Source of the DNA: a virus
Taxonomy: Duplodnaviria; Caudoviricetes
Strand: one strand, 5' to 3'
Virus record (IMG/VR): IMGVR_UViG_3300032247_001630
Location: 1 to 28,806 of that record
DNA: 28,806 nucleotides
The position numbers and the translations under genes are program-made. Numbering within the stretch: position 1 is the first letter of the stretch; each line of letters opens with the position of its first letter. Shown here piece by piece: positions 1-8,815 of this stretch. The notes below the pieces were generated by a model. It did no database searches. It was not told the DNA's origin and saw nothing but the letters and a program-made list of their open reading frames with translations.

Positions 1-613
1 ACATGATCCTGTTTTGGAAAGTGGCATCATCATTGTTGCCAGTAAGATCATGACGATCGTGTACCACATCGACCGGAATACGCTCCCAGATATCCAACAT
101 ATAGGCCTGTTGGCTCAACCAAGCATCCGAAATCTGATGTGGGCTGAGATGTCCCATGTGATCCAACCAGGCTCGAGGTGCTATAGGAAATATGCTGTAA
201 GGATGATCGTTATGGGTATGTACTGCTAGTAACTTGAATTCGCCAGTGTGGCTTTCGATCACAGTGTCCCAACCCGTGGTTTCTACAAAAGCATCATCGT
301 TCCAGAAAAACAACCAATCGGCATCGGATGCCAGAGCCAAGGTATTCACATACTCGTTGAGTCTGGTATACCCCAGGGGTTCAAAACTCATGGCAGTATA
401 GTTGATGTCGCGTTCGTCTAGCCAAGGTTGTAGCAGTTCTTCAAAGGCCGCTATGCCTTCGGCATCATCTTGGTCAAAGCCCAACATCAGTTGTACTCGA
501 TCTGGACGGTCGGCCAAGTCAAACAGGCTCTTGACACTGCGTTCCAGTGCGTCAGATCTACCTCGTGTGGGCAATAGCACCGCTATGCCAAATTCGTGTG
601 TGTTATCTGTCAT
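1..613 (-). CDS. GT2/GT-A family glycosyltransferase (3' end runs off the window; absent from the ORF track)
   Basis: Manual translation from ATG at 613 (GAGGA SD upstream): MTDNTHEFGIAVLLPTRGRSDALERSVKSL...LMLGFDQDD...ADWLFFWNDDA... It has the GT2-type N-terminal 'VLLPTRGR' strand and an acidic NDD (DxD-like) motif, and is open to base 1. Confidence 0.8.
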   Translation of the reverse strand, partial: MTDNTHEFGIAVLLPTRGRSDALERSVKSLFDLADRPDRVQLMLGFDQDDAEGIAAFEELLQPWLDERDINYTAMSFEPLGYTRLNEYVNTLALASDADWLFFWNDDAFVETTGWDTVIESHTGEFKLLAVHTHNDHPYSIFPIAPRAWLDHMGHLSPHQISDAWLSQQAYMLDIWERIPVDVVHDRHDLTGNNDDATFQNRIM

Positions 614-671
614 TTTTTCCTCGTGGATTACTGAATGATATTTACTGTGCTATACCCACCGGTGCAATATT

Positions 672-1223
672 TCAAGCAAATAAATCTTCGTTCCACTCTC
701 TATGACCTTCTCTGAAAGCCATGTTTGACTGTGTTTCACGCACTTCCACACGATAGCACCATAGGCGTGCTGCCTCACCTGGACCCCAAAGTTCGGGAAT
801 GTAAACACCATTTACATATCGGTACAGCATGTCGCTGAGCCCTTCACAGCCCAGTCTAGGCAACACCACGATCTTGGCCATATTACGTTCTTGCAACAGT
901 TGGAATGTGGCCATTTCGGGATCATCTTCGGCCACAATAAGTGTATGGTCAAATTGGTCTTCCAAGGTCTTCTTTAATTCTTTTAATCCACCATAGTCGG
1001 CTGCCCAGTTGCGAACATCTAGATCGTTGGTGCCAAAATAAAATTTCATGCTAAAACTGTAACCGTGTATCAAGTTACAGTGACTATCTGCCCGCCACTG
1101 ACGATACGCACACGGAAATGCATCGTGGTATTCCTTGGTACTGGTGTACTTGTATACTACCGGTCTAGTGTTTGGGAAGTTGGCTTCCATGTGACCGATT
1201 AGGTCTTGTGTTGATGATTGCAT
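672..1223 (-). CDS. queD: QueD / 6-carboxy-5,6,7,8-tetrahydropterin synthase (PTPS T-fold family)
   Basis: CNLIHGY resembles the QueD Cx3HGH motif; also DYGGLK, FDHTL, GCEGLS and VEVRETQSN. AGGAG SD at 1231-1235. folE and a dpdA-like gene are in the same region. Confidence 0.85.
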   Translation of the reverse strand: MQSSTQDLIGHMEANFPNTRPVVYKYTSTKEYHDAFPCAYRQWRADSHCNLIHGYSFSMKFYFGTNDLDVRNWAADYGGLKELKKTLEDQFDHTLIVAEDDPEMATFQLLQERNMAKIVVLPRLGCEGLSDMLYRYVNGVYIPELWGPGEAARLWCYRVEVRETQSNMAFREGHREWNEDLFA

Positions 1224-1300
1224 GCTTGATCTCCTATGTTAAATTTTAGCATAGGCTTGCAGAATTTGTATAGCGGGATGAATGCCAGAAAGGCCGCTGG
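1224..1300 (-). ncRNA. Candidate cis-regulatory leader RNA (preQ1-I-like riboswitch architecture) upstream of queD
   Basis: Stem AGCGG(1298-1294)/CCGCU(1276-1272) with a 17-nt loop, then an A-rich tail AUACAAA, then hairpin CCUAUG(1255-1250)/CAUAGG(1238-1233) that covers the SD. A TAAATA motif lies immediately upstream (1306-1311). Confidence 0.5.
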
Positions 1301-1304
1301 ACTA

Positions 1305-1802
1305 CTATTTAGCACTGGGCCCGCCCGAGTCGTCAGGAATCACTCCAGTTGGATCCGAAAAACGGGTTTGCTCTTTGAGCGATTCGGCCTGGGCCACACG
1401 CTGTCTAAGTTCGCTACTCGAAAAACTGTGATCTCGACCGTTAAAGAACAATTCGATACTGCGTTTGTGACAGATCTCACGTCCGGTAAATTCTTTACCT
1501 TCGTACTCAACACCCAGGATACGCACATCAATCGGCAATACCAACAGCAAATCTTCTAGATCTTTTTCGGTATTGTAAACCCAAACTTCGTCCACGTACT
1601 TGCATCCGATCAACTGTAATTGTCGTTCTACTATGCTCTGTACCGGACGATTCTTGCTTGGACGATCCAGGGTAGGATCATTTTGCAAAGCACAGATCAA
1701 GTAATCGCAACGTTCTTTGGCTTCGCGCAACATGCTGATATGACCGGCATGTAACAGATCAAATGTACTGGCCGTAAAGCCAACTCGTTTATTGTTTATC
1801 AT
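1305..1802 (-). CDS. Cytidylyltransferase (TagD/RfaE-like, HIGH superfamily)
   Basis: FDLLHAGH (HxGH), ER...L..CKYVDEV and C-terminal SSSELR motifs. Confidence 0.85.
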   Translation of the reverse strand: MINNKRVGFTASTFDLLHAGHISMLREAKERCDYLICALQNDPTLDRPSKNRPVQSIVERQLQLIGCKYVDEVWVYNTEKDLEDLLLVLPIDVRILGVEYEGKEFTGREICHKRSIELFFNGRDHSFSSSELRQRVAQAESLKEQTRFSDPTGVIPDDSGGPSAK

Positions 1803-2203
1803 TTGGTAGGGTCCTTGTATGAATCTGTTCGGTAGTTGCCTTGTCCGGGTATGGTATTCCTTACTCCACCAACTGGATCCTCGACATCACCCACCTGCCT
1901 CGGAATAAGATGTATGTGTGGCCAGTTCACAGTCTGACCTGCGGCCTCACCGTAGTTCATGCCAATGTTGAAGCCGGCCCATTCACCAGAGTCCACTTTC
2001 TTTTTGCCAAATCTCATGGCATCTTCAAATGCATCACTTAGTACTCCAATGGTGTTGTGCTTGGGCACAAACAGCAAGTGTCCTGGAGTGACCGGATATC
2101 GGTCGTGATAAACAGCCACATGGAAATCTTCTTGGAAGACACTATCCCACGGTGCTGTGCTTTGTTCTATATCATCGGGTATGTTTTCGTAAATTTTGTG
2201 CAT
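1799..2203 (-). CDS. HIT family nucleotide hydrolase
   Basis: DRYPVTPGHLLFVPK, GFNIGMNYGEAAGQTV and histidine triad region HIHLIPR. Confidence 0.9.
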   Translation of the reverse strand: MHKIYENIPDDIEQSTAPWDSVFQEDFHVAVYHDRYPVTPGHLLFVPKHNTIGVLSDAFEDAMRFGKKKVDSGEWAGFNIGMNYGEAAGQTVNWPHIHLIPRQVGDVEDPVGGVRNTIPGQGNYRTDSYKDPTK

Positions 2204-2204
2204 A

Positions 2205-4685
2205 TCAGTCTAAAAATAATCTCAATTCATTCATCACACGGAATTGGCCGTTAGTTAGCACAGTTCCACTCAATCGATACTGTGTGTACTTGTCAATGGA
2301 TTTGTTGTACAGCAATCTAGCGTATCCGGTAACATCACTCTTTACTCCTAGTGTTTGACTAGTATAGTTGATGTTACCAGCGTTGTCAATAGCAGTTGGT
2401 AATTTTGCTTCAACCGATCCTGAAAATACCACCGGCTTTACTCCCATATAAAATCCAAGATCACCAAACTGTTGGTCCGTGTTGTATCTATAACCAGCCT
2501 CGGCCCAGCCACCAGTCATTGGAGCTACGTTAGTGATCAGGCCAGGATTGATTGCGGTAGTCACGTACATGACACTGGCTTTGGCCACAAAGCCTTGATC
2601 ATGGTAAGAAATCACATGGTCAAACACTGTGCTATTGACTACTTCGCCCCAGGCACCAGCAAACCCTATCCAGGGATTGTAATTTAGATTGCTGTATTGC
2701 ATGCCCAGGCTCCAAGCACCATTTTTGTAGTAATCAGGAATGCCGATTGTGTACTGCACAGGTTTGGTCAATAGGCCGTAGCCTTGATCTTCTTTGCCGC
2801 CAATGGTGTTGTAAGGTGTGCGTCCTTCGGCGCCGCCACGCAGACCAAAGCCCAACCCAGTTGGAATAGTGGTCACTGTGCCGTTGATCAAGTACTCGGC
2901 GTGCGAAGTAAGCTCGTATTGGTCAATGTGTTCGGTATTGTTGCCAAACATGTTGTTGCCTTGTGTGACCATGCTGTGTAGATTTGTGTTGAAATATCTA
3001 CCGGTACTGTCAATGGCAATGGTCTGAGTTGAGTCTACGTTCAAGCCTGAAATGGTACCTCGTATGGACTGTAAGCCATGCAAGGTAGGTATGTTTAACG
3101 AACCAATGGGTTGTAATAACGCAGAATCGTCAATGACCGGAATACCGTTCAAGTAAGTGGCGGCAGTCTTGGCCAAGGTCAAGTTGGCCTGGTAGTCGGT
3201 CATGTAGGGCCAGGTCTGTTTGATAAGAGCCACTGCATCGGTAGCAGTGGTCACTGTGGGTGATCCCAACAAGCTGGCATACACTTTTAGTTGTAGATCA
3301 CTGCCGTTCATAAAACTTATTGCAGATACCAAATATAATCGATTGTTGGGATCTCGGATCATGTTCACAGAGCCATATTTGGCTCCGGATCCGTTCATGT
3401 TGTTTATCTGGGACAGATAGTCGGTTAGTACTGTGCCGTAACTGGCCACAAACTTGCCATCTCGGCTTTTGAGCAAAAACTGGCTACTGTTCCCAGTCAC
3501 ATCACTGCCACTGACCAAGATGTCAGTGAGTCCATCGCCGTTGAGATCTAGGAATTTGGGTTGATAAGTTGGCCTGGTATTGGTGTTGTATCCGACCAAG
3601 ATACTGTCGGTTACGTCGGTAAACGTGCCCGAGCCGTTGTTTTTCAAGAATTGTATCTCGGAGTATCGGCTGATGTCTACGCCAGGACTGATACCGGGTT
3701 GACTGAACACCACAGCATCTGGCACACGATCGTCATTGAAATCAAATGCACTGACTCGGATGTTATGACTGTCACGAATGCCCAGAGCTTGCCATTTGGG
3801 CAGATTGAATCGGCTAGTGGGCAAGGTTGCCAGCTCGGTAAAGGTCAGTTGATCATTGGCAATTTGAAATCCCCAGAGCTTTTGTACCTGACCAGCACTG
3901 GTAGTATTGTCAGTGGTGATCAGGGTAGTAGTACCGTTATTCAAAAAGTCTGCCACCGCCACACCGGATCCGGATATGAATGGTCCAGTTGTGGCAGTAT
4001 AAGATCGGAAACCACTGACACGATCGTTGATTGCCAGGGTTGAATTTTTAGAATTCATCTGATCCAAAATGATTAGATCAGTATAGCCGTCGCCGTTTAG
4101 ATCAGCTATTGTTGCTCCGTGTGCTGAAAAATTTGTGCCGATGCTTTGTCGGCTAAAACTGGTGCCGTTGTTGGTGAACACATAGGCAGGTCCGTTGTCA
4201 GGAGTACTGCCATCGGTGTTGGGTGCTATAAACATGCCGGTTCGACCGGTGTGGAAAAAGTCAGCAAAAAACACATTGTCGGTGCCTTGTATGACGTTGA
4301 TGTTGTTGGGAAACCATTGTGCAGTGGTATCAACCAAACTGTTGCCTTGCCAACTGAACATGGAAATCCTGCTTGGTATCCAGTCTTTGTTGGCAGTTGA
4401 ACGTCCAGCAATGATTAAATCTTGTCCTGAGCCTGATATGTTGGCAACAAATGTATCGCCTTCAAACGCCCGAGAACCATTGTTGCCGGTGTTGATCAGT
4501 GGATCAACAGTTCCTACCGTGACCGGCGTTGAGAAAGGCACCTGACTTCTGGCATACGCAGTTGGAGGTGTCGATGGCGTTGAAATCGGTTGGGTGTAAC
4601 TGGGGCTTCCGCCACTACCTCCGCCACCACAGCCATATAGCCCCACGGTGCCAAACATCAGCACATATAATAGTTTTCTTTTCAT
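2205..4685 (-). CDS. Large secreted lipoprotein with FG-GAP/VCBS Ca-binding repeats and a beta-rich C-terminal domain
   Basis: Basic and hydrophobic signal peptide with lipobox LYGC, then a GGGGSGG linker. Repeats DLNGDGYTD, DFLNNGTTT, DFNDDRVPD, DLNGDGLTD, plus FTDVT. The C-terminal ~250 aa has alternating aromatic/hydrophobic strands. Confidence 0.7.
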   Translation of the reverse strand: MKRKLLYVLMFGTVGLYGCGGGGSGGSPSYTQPISTPSTPPTAYARSQVPFSTPVTVGTVDPLINTGNNGSRAFEGDTFVANISGSGQDLIIAGRSTANKDWIPSRISMFSWQGNSLVDTTAQWFPNNINVIQGTDNVFFADFFHTGRTGMFIAPNTDGSTPDNGPAYVFTNNGTSFSRQSIGTNFSAHGATIADLNGDGYTDLIILDQMNSKNSTLAINDRVSGFRSYTATTGPFISGSGVAVADFLNNGTTTLITTDNTTSAGQVQKLWGFQIANDQLTFTELATLPTSRFNLPKWQALGIRDSHNIRVSAFDFNDDRVPDAVVFSQPGISPGVDISRYSEIQFLKNNGSGTFTDVTDSILVGYNTNTRPTYQPKFLDLNGDGLTDILVSGSDVTGNSSQFLLKSRDGKFVASYGTVLTDYLSQINNMNGSGAKYGSVNMIRDPNNRLYLVSAISFMNGSDLQLKVYASLLGSPTVTTATDAVALIKQTWPYMTDYQANLTLAKTAATYLNGIPVIDDSALLQPIGSLNIPTLHGLQSIRGTISGLNVDSTQTIAIDSTGRYFNTNLHSMVTQGNNMFGNNTEHIDQYELTSHAEYLINGTVTTIPTGLGFGLRGGAEGRTPYNTIGGKEDQGYGLLTKPVQYTIGIPDYYKNGAWSLGMQYSNLNYNPWIGFAGAWGEVVNSTVFDHVISYHDQGFVAKASVMYVTTAINPGLITNVAPMTGGWAEAGYRYNTDQQFGDLGFYMGVKPVVFSGSVEAKLPTAIDNAGNINYTSQTLGVKSDVTGYARLLYNKSIDKYTQYRLSGTVLTNGQFRVMNELRLFLD

Positions 4686-4716
4686 GATATCATCTAATAA
4701 TTTACACGATAATACT

Positions 4717-4745
4717 ATTATAGTACAGAGCTATTTTGAGGTCAA
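4717..4745 (-). promoter_or_regulatory. sigma70-type promoter for the lipoprotein gene
   Basis: TTGACC (4745-4740), 17 nt, TATAAT (4722-4717). Confidence 0.8.
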
Positions 4746-4750
4746 ACGGT

Positions 4751-4776
4751 AAAAAAATGTTGTTTTTTCACAACAT
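4751..4776 (-). terminator. Hairpin plus U-tract after folE (intrinsic terminator or palindromic operator)
   Basis: AUGUUGU-GAAAAA-ACAACAU followed by U6, just after the folE stop. The stem is AU-rich, so it would be weak. Confidence 0.5.
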
Positions 4777-4779
4777 CAA

Positions 4780-5529
4780 TTATCTTGGTGCAAAGTCCTG
4801 TTGTAGTTTGATATTGTCCATGAACTCTTTTTTGGTGCCTGGATCCGTGGCAAAACTGCCTTTGAGCACCGTGGTCTGTGTTAAACTACTGTGTGCCATG
4901 ATGCCTCTATTCTCACAGCAACCATGTGTGGCCTGGATGTAGACTCCAACATTTTCTGAATCGGTCGCCCGCATTATTTCTCTTGCAATATCATTGCAGA
5001 GCTCTTCCTGTAGTGTACCACGCCTAGCGCACCACTGAGCAATACGAGTGTACTTGCTAAGACCAATAAGTTTGTTGGCGGCAATGATCCCAATGTAAGC
5101 CACACCAGACACAGGCTGATGATGATGGCTACACATGCTCCGAAGTTCCGAACGCACAACCAACATGCCTTCGTATCTATCCGCTGAATCGTTGGGAAAT
5201 GCTGTTGCATCTGGCGCTGGATCATACCTACCTGCCATGATTTCGTAGAAATACATCTTGGCCAACCTCTTGGCTGTGCCTTTTGAATTTGGATCCGTTT
5301 CTCGGTCGATCAACAATCTGTCCAATACCAGTTCAAATGCTTCAGTGGCTTCTGCAATCAGTTGTTCTCGATCGCCTGCATGCAAGTAATCACTGATGTT
5401 GTCCCCTGCCCAAAATCTTTTGCCATCACGTCGCATTCTAAAGCGGATGGTGTCGGCCAGGTTGGCCGTTTCGTAGCCACCTTCGTCTATGTTGTCAAGC
5501 GATAATGATTCTGTCAATTTGTTCTCCAC
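4780..5529 (-). CDS. folE: GTP cyclohydrolase I (true start possibly TTG at 5517)
   Basis: TAKRLAKMY, SMCSHHHQP, IGLSKYTRI, QEEL and HGCCENRG Zn-binding/catalytic motifs. GGAG precedes TTG at 5517. Confidence 0.95.
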   Translation of the reverse strand: MENKLTESLSLDNIDEGGYETANLADTIRFRMRRDGKRFWAGDNISDYLHAGDREQLIAEATEAFELVLDRLLIDRETDPNSKGTAKRLAKMYFYEIMAGRYDPAPDATAFPNDSADRYEGMLVVRSELRSMCSHHHQPVSGVAYIGIIAANKLIGLSKYTRIAQWCARRGTLQEELCNDIAREIMRATDSENVGVYIQATHGCCENRGIMAHSSLTQTTVLKGSFATDPGTKKEFMDNIKLQQDFAPR

Positions 5530-5539
5530 GTTTTGTATT

Positions 5540-5568
5540 AGTATACGGGGTATTTAGACAGTTGTCAA
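5540..5568 (-). promoter_or_regulatory. Composite promoter for folE: sigma70 plus nested TAAATA
   Basis: TTGACA (5568-5563), 17 nt, TATACT (5545-5540). The spacer contains TAAATA at 5556-5551. Confidence 0.75.
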
Positions 5569-5571
5569 TGA

Positions 5572-6204
5572 CTAGAGTATTTTATAGGTTAAACTGGTTT
5601 CGAGAGATTGCAAACGCTTGCCCGAATAGGTTCCTGGTGTTGTAATCGTGTTGATCACTACACTGTTCATCATGAAGTTGCACCAGTTGGCAATCTTGAC
5701 TGTGTTGTTGGGTTTGCCGGGAAATGACGACCGTACGCCCACGCACACTCCTTGACCTAATTCTGTAAAACACAAATACGAATACGGACTGATGTGACAA
5801 AAATCTCCCACTGCAACTCCGTGACTGAATGTTACATAGTTTGTTATGGTGCAATGATTACCGATCACATTATCGTCAAATATCACATTGAAATTGTTTA
5901 CAAAGGTATTGTGTCCAATAACAACTTGATGGCCTATGATCGAGTTGTCACCAATCACACTGAACCAATGCAGGTTGACTTTGGCCAAACTGTCAATCAC
6001 TTGTTTTTTAAAACCTATGTTGGTTACAGCACACATGAATTGACGTTGGTCAAACCAGGCCTGATCTTTTTCCAACACCTGTTCCACAGTCAAGTGTTCG
6101 CAGGGTCGTTGTGTTCGAAAATATTCGTACAAGGTATGGTTGTGAAAAGTTTGTCCAATAAAACACAACGGCCGTTGTTGATCGTGCATCAGGTGGTATT
6201 GCAC
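5572..6204 (-). CDS. Hexapeptide-repeat (left-handed beta-helix) sugar O/N-acyltransferase, NeuD/PglD-like
   Basis: Repeats IGDNSI, IGHNTF, IGNHCT, VGDFCH, LGQGVC; C-terminal PGTYSG. Confidence 0.75.
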   Translation of the reverse strand: MQYHLMHDQQRPLCFIGQTFHNHTLYEYFRTQRPCEHLTVEQVLEKDQAWFDQRQFMCAVTNIGFKKQVIDSLAKVNLHWFSVIGDNSIIGHQVVIGHNTFVNNFNVIFDDNVIGNHCTITNYVTFSHGVAVGDFCHISPYSYLCFTELGQGVCVGVRSSFPGKPNNTVKIANWCNFMMNSVVINTITTPGTYSGKRLQSLETSLTYKIL

Positions 6205-6932
6205 TATCTGTTCTCCTTGCGATCGTATGCGCCGCGCGATTCATCAAACCAATACAGGCTGCGATGCGGTGTACTGAGTGGACTAGCGTTGCTGGTGTAA
6301 TAAAACATTCTCAATCCGTCTCTGCTGGCGTCCTCAGGACAAGCGATAGGAATCGGATGACCGTGTATCAATCTTGAATCATAGTTCCAGATCAACAATC
6401 GATTGGGCTTAGGACTCACGCGATGCAAGCACTGTTTCTTTTCAAAATCCCAGAATTCCAAGTCCCCGCCCCAGTTGGTATCCCAAGTTTTACTGATGTA
6501 CAGTATCATGCTAAGTGATCGGTTTAGATGCAACTGTTCATTCCAGTTGAAATCGGTATGCAATTGGAGATTATCACCATTTCCACAACGCATGAGTCCA
6601 GCACCAATCAAGTGCGGATCTGGAATAATTTTTTCTATTCCAGTAATTCCCTGCAACCATTCTACAAACTCACCGCTGTTGAAATTCAACACCAGGTCTC
6701 GTATGACGTTGCAATATTTCATGTTGTTGCATTCCAGCATGAAACTGCCGTTGCGAGTGAACTCGCTCCAGATATGGTCAGGAATCTGATCAATTTCCTC
6801 TTGAACTTGAGCCAACAAATCACTAGGTAAAAAATTATCAAACACCAGCCATGGCACCGGAACGCCATGGCTGTAGTCGATGGCATAATCTTTTGGGTCG
6901 TATTTGCTGGTTATTAGTTCTATGTCAATCAT
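6204..6932 (-). CDS. 2OG-Fe(II) oxygenase (prolyl-4-hydroxylase-like)
   Basis: FDNFL, HxD motif LHTDFN, WGGDLEFW, PNRLLI, distal His HGHP, and R..L.MFYY. Confidence 0.85.
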   Translation of the reverse strand: MIDIELITSKYDPKDYAIDYSHGVPVPWLVFDNFLPSDLLAQVQEEIDQIPDHIWSEFTRNGSFMLECNNMKYCNVIRDLVLNFNSGEFVEWLQGITGIEKIIPDPHLIGAGLMRCGNGDNLQLHTDFNWNEQLHLNRSLSMILYISKTWDTNWGGDLEFWDFEKKQCLHRVSPKPNRLLIWNYDSRLIHGHPIPIACPEDASRDGLRMFYYTSNASPLSTPHRSLYWFDESRGAYDRKENR

Positions 6933-7851
6933 GCGGTAAATGTCCTGTTTTTAGATATCGGGCCAGACACAACCTGTTGGTCTGATTGCCGCGATTGTAC
7001 TGTTGATACTGTTGATCACCCAGTCCAAAAATAACGCTGTTACTGGGCACAATACCCAACTGTTGGCAAAACGCCAGTTGCTGATCCGCCCAGGTTTGGT
7101 AATTGTAATCAACACTGTACTGTTCAATTAGATCCAACCCTACTGCAGCACCCAGTCTATTGGTATAGTTGGTTTTTTTGTGTATCAACAGGCTGTCGTC
7201 ATCATCCACTCGGGTCAGGCGCATACCAATACGTAAATTGGCCACTGGAAAAGTTTTGCTCAAACTAAACACGATGTCGGTGATGCAGGGCTGATCAAAA
7301 TCAAACTCAATCTTGGCACAGATGCCTACAAACGCACAATCAATCAAGACCGGTACACCCAGATCGCTACAACGATCAAGAATGCGTTGGGTATCCGCAT
7401 GTATGCTTCCGGTGTCACTGAATGGCAAACTGACAACCACAGCGTCGTTGACATCCAGATCTTGGTCATTGAGATAACACCAATTGGGGAAATAAGTTCT
7501 CCAGCTAGCACCGTGATACATGTATTCACCACGGAAACATCTAAATCTTCTTGCATGATGTTTGAGATAAAATTTATCAAACGATTCGGTAGTACCGTTT
7601 GAATAGGCTCGTACAGGAAACTGATCAAGATTTTGAAATTGATTCAGTTGACTGTTGACAACCCAGGCACTGTAGCGATCTACAAATTGATCCTGGATTG
7701 AGACATTGTCCAGAGCCTGATTGTGTACAGCATTGATAATGGAATCCTGTACAGATCTGGTCATGTCAGGATCAATCACTGCAGATGCTCCGCCGTAATT
7801 TAAAGTTTTGAGATTTTTCAAATGGAAATTGTTTGCTGTATTGGTAGTCAT
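6925..7851 (-). CDS. PLP-dependent fold-type-I enzyme (aminotransferase-like); start taken at ATG 7851
   Basis: NGTTESFD, LIDCAF, and Schiff-base lysine motif FSLSKTF...RIG. TAAGTA at 7862-7857 just precedes ATG 7851. Confidence 0.7.
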   Translation of the reverse strand: MTTNTANNFHLKNLKTLNYGGASAVIDPDMTRSVQDSIINAVHNQALDNVSIQDQFVDRYSAWVVNSQLNQFQNLDQFPVRAYSNGTTESFDKFYLKHHARRFRCFRGEYMYHGASWRTYFPNWCYLNDQDLDVNDAVVVSLPFSDTGSIHADTQRILDRCSDLGVPVLIDCAFVGICAKIEFDFDQPCITDIVFSLSKTFPVANLRIGMRLTRVDDDDSLLIHKKTNYTNRLGAAVGLDLIEQYSVDYNYQTWADQQLAFCQQLGIVPSNSVIFGLGDQQYQQYNRGNQTNRLCLARYLKTGHLPHD

Positions 7852-7855
7852 AAGT

Positions 7856-8815
7856 TTACTTATTGTACCAAGCCCAGGCATGCGTGATTATGTCTTCAAG
7901 ACCGTACTGTGGTTTCCAATCACTCACAGACATGAACTTGCTGGCGTCGGCTGTCAAGGTAGCTGGATCTCCGGATCTGCGTGGGCCAACGTTATAGGCC
8001 AAGTCTCGTTTGGTTACACCAATGGCACCGTGTAGTATTTGTAAATTGCTGTAGCCTTGACAGGTGCCTAGGTTATAAACACCACCGGGTATGGCCCGAT
8101 CTATAGCCCGGATATGTGCCCGAGCAAGATCTTCCACGTGTATATAATCTCTGATGCAGGTACCGTCTTCGGTGGCAAAATCGTTGCCATTTAGCACAAA
8201 TTGATCGCTACCATCACGTATGGCTTCGAGCACTCGAGCAATGATGTGTGTGGCACCAGGTTCTTGTCCGTGCCTGGTACGACTGTCTGCACCACAGGCA
8301 TTGAAATAACGGAACGCAACTGAATCAATGCCATAGGCCTGACCGTAACTGGCCAGCATCCATTCAATCATGAGCTTGCTCTGACCATATGGGCTGATTG
8401 GTTCTGCCGGATCCGTTTCTTGGCACGGAGTCATGACAGGTTCGCCATAGGTAGCGGCGCTACTGCTGAACACAATCCTAGTTGAGGTCATTTTGTTCAC
8501 GATCAAAAAGTCCAGCAGTTGTTTGGTCTTTACAAAATTGTTTTCGTAATAAACAGCAGGAGTAGTCATGCTGGGACCAACCAGGCTTGTACCGGCACAA
8601 TGTATGATAGCATCGGGCTGGAATTGATGTAGGCCAGCAAATGCCAGTTCAGTGGCGTAATCGCCAGTGTGCCACCAAACTCCTGGAGTTTTTAACAAGT
8701 GCTTGGGCGGTATCCGGTTATCAATGCCCAACACCTCGTGGCCTTGATCCACTAGATTCAATAAAGTTTGTCCGCCGATGTAACCTGCGGCACCAGTAAC
8801 TGCGACTCGTGTCAT
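7856..8815 (-). CDS. galE: UDP-glucose 4-epimerase (extended SDR)
   Basis: VTGAAGYIG, FSSSAATYG, SPYGQSK (YxxxK), RYFNACGA, DGTCIRDYIHVEDLA, RRSGDP. Confidence 0.9.
   Translation of the reverse strand: MTRVAVTGAAGYIGGQTLLNLVDQGHEVLGIDNRIPPKHLLKTPGVWWHTGDYATELAFAGLHQFQPDAIIHCAGTSLVGPSMTTPAVYYENNFVKTKQLLDFLIVNKMTSTRIVFSSSAATYGEPVMTPCQETDPAEPISPYGQSKLMIEWMLASYGQAYGIDSVAFRYFNACGADSRTRHGQEPGATHIIARVLEAIRDGSDQFVLNGNDFATEDGTCIRDYIHVEDLARAHIRAIDRAIPGGVYNLGTCQGYSNLQILHGAIGVTKRDLAYNVGPRRSGDPATLTADASKFMSVSDWKPQYGLEDIITHAWAWYNK

Noticed and set aside
3500-4110. Repeated GxDG-type sequence in the lipoprotein gene as a DNA repeat or CRISPR array
   Set aside because: The similarity is at protein level (FG-GAP motifs); there are no regularly spaced identical nucleotide repeats.
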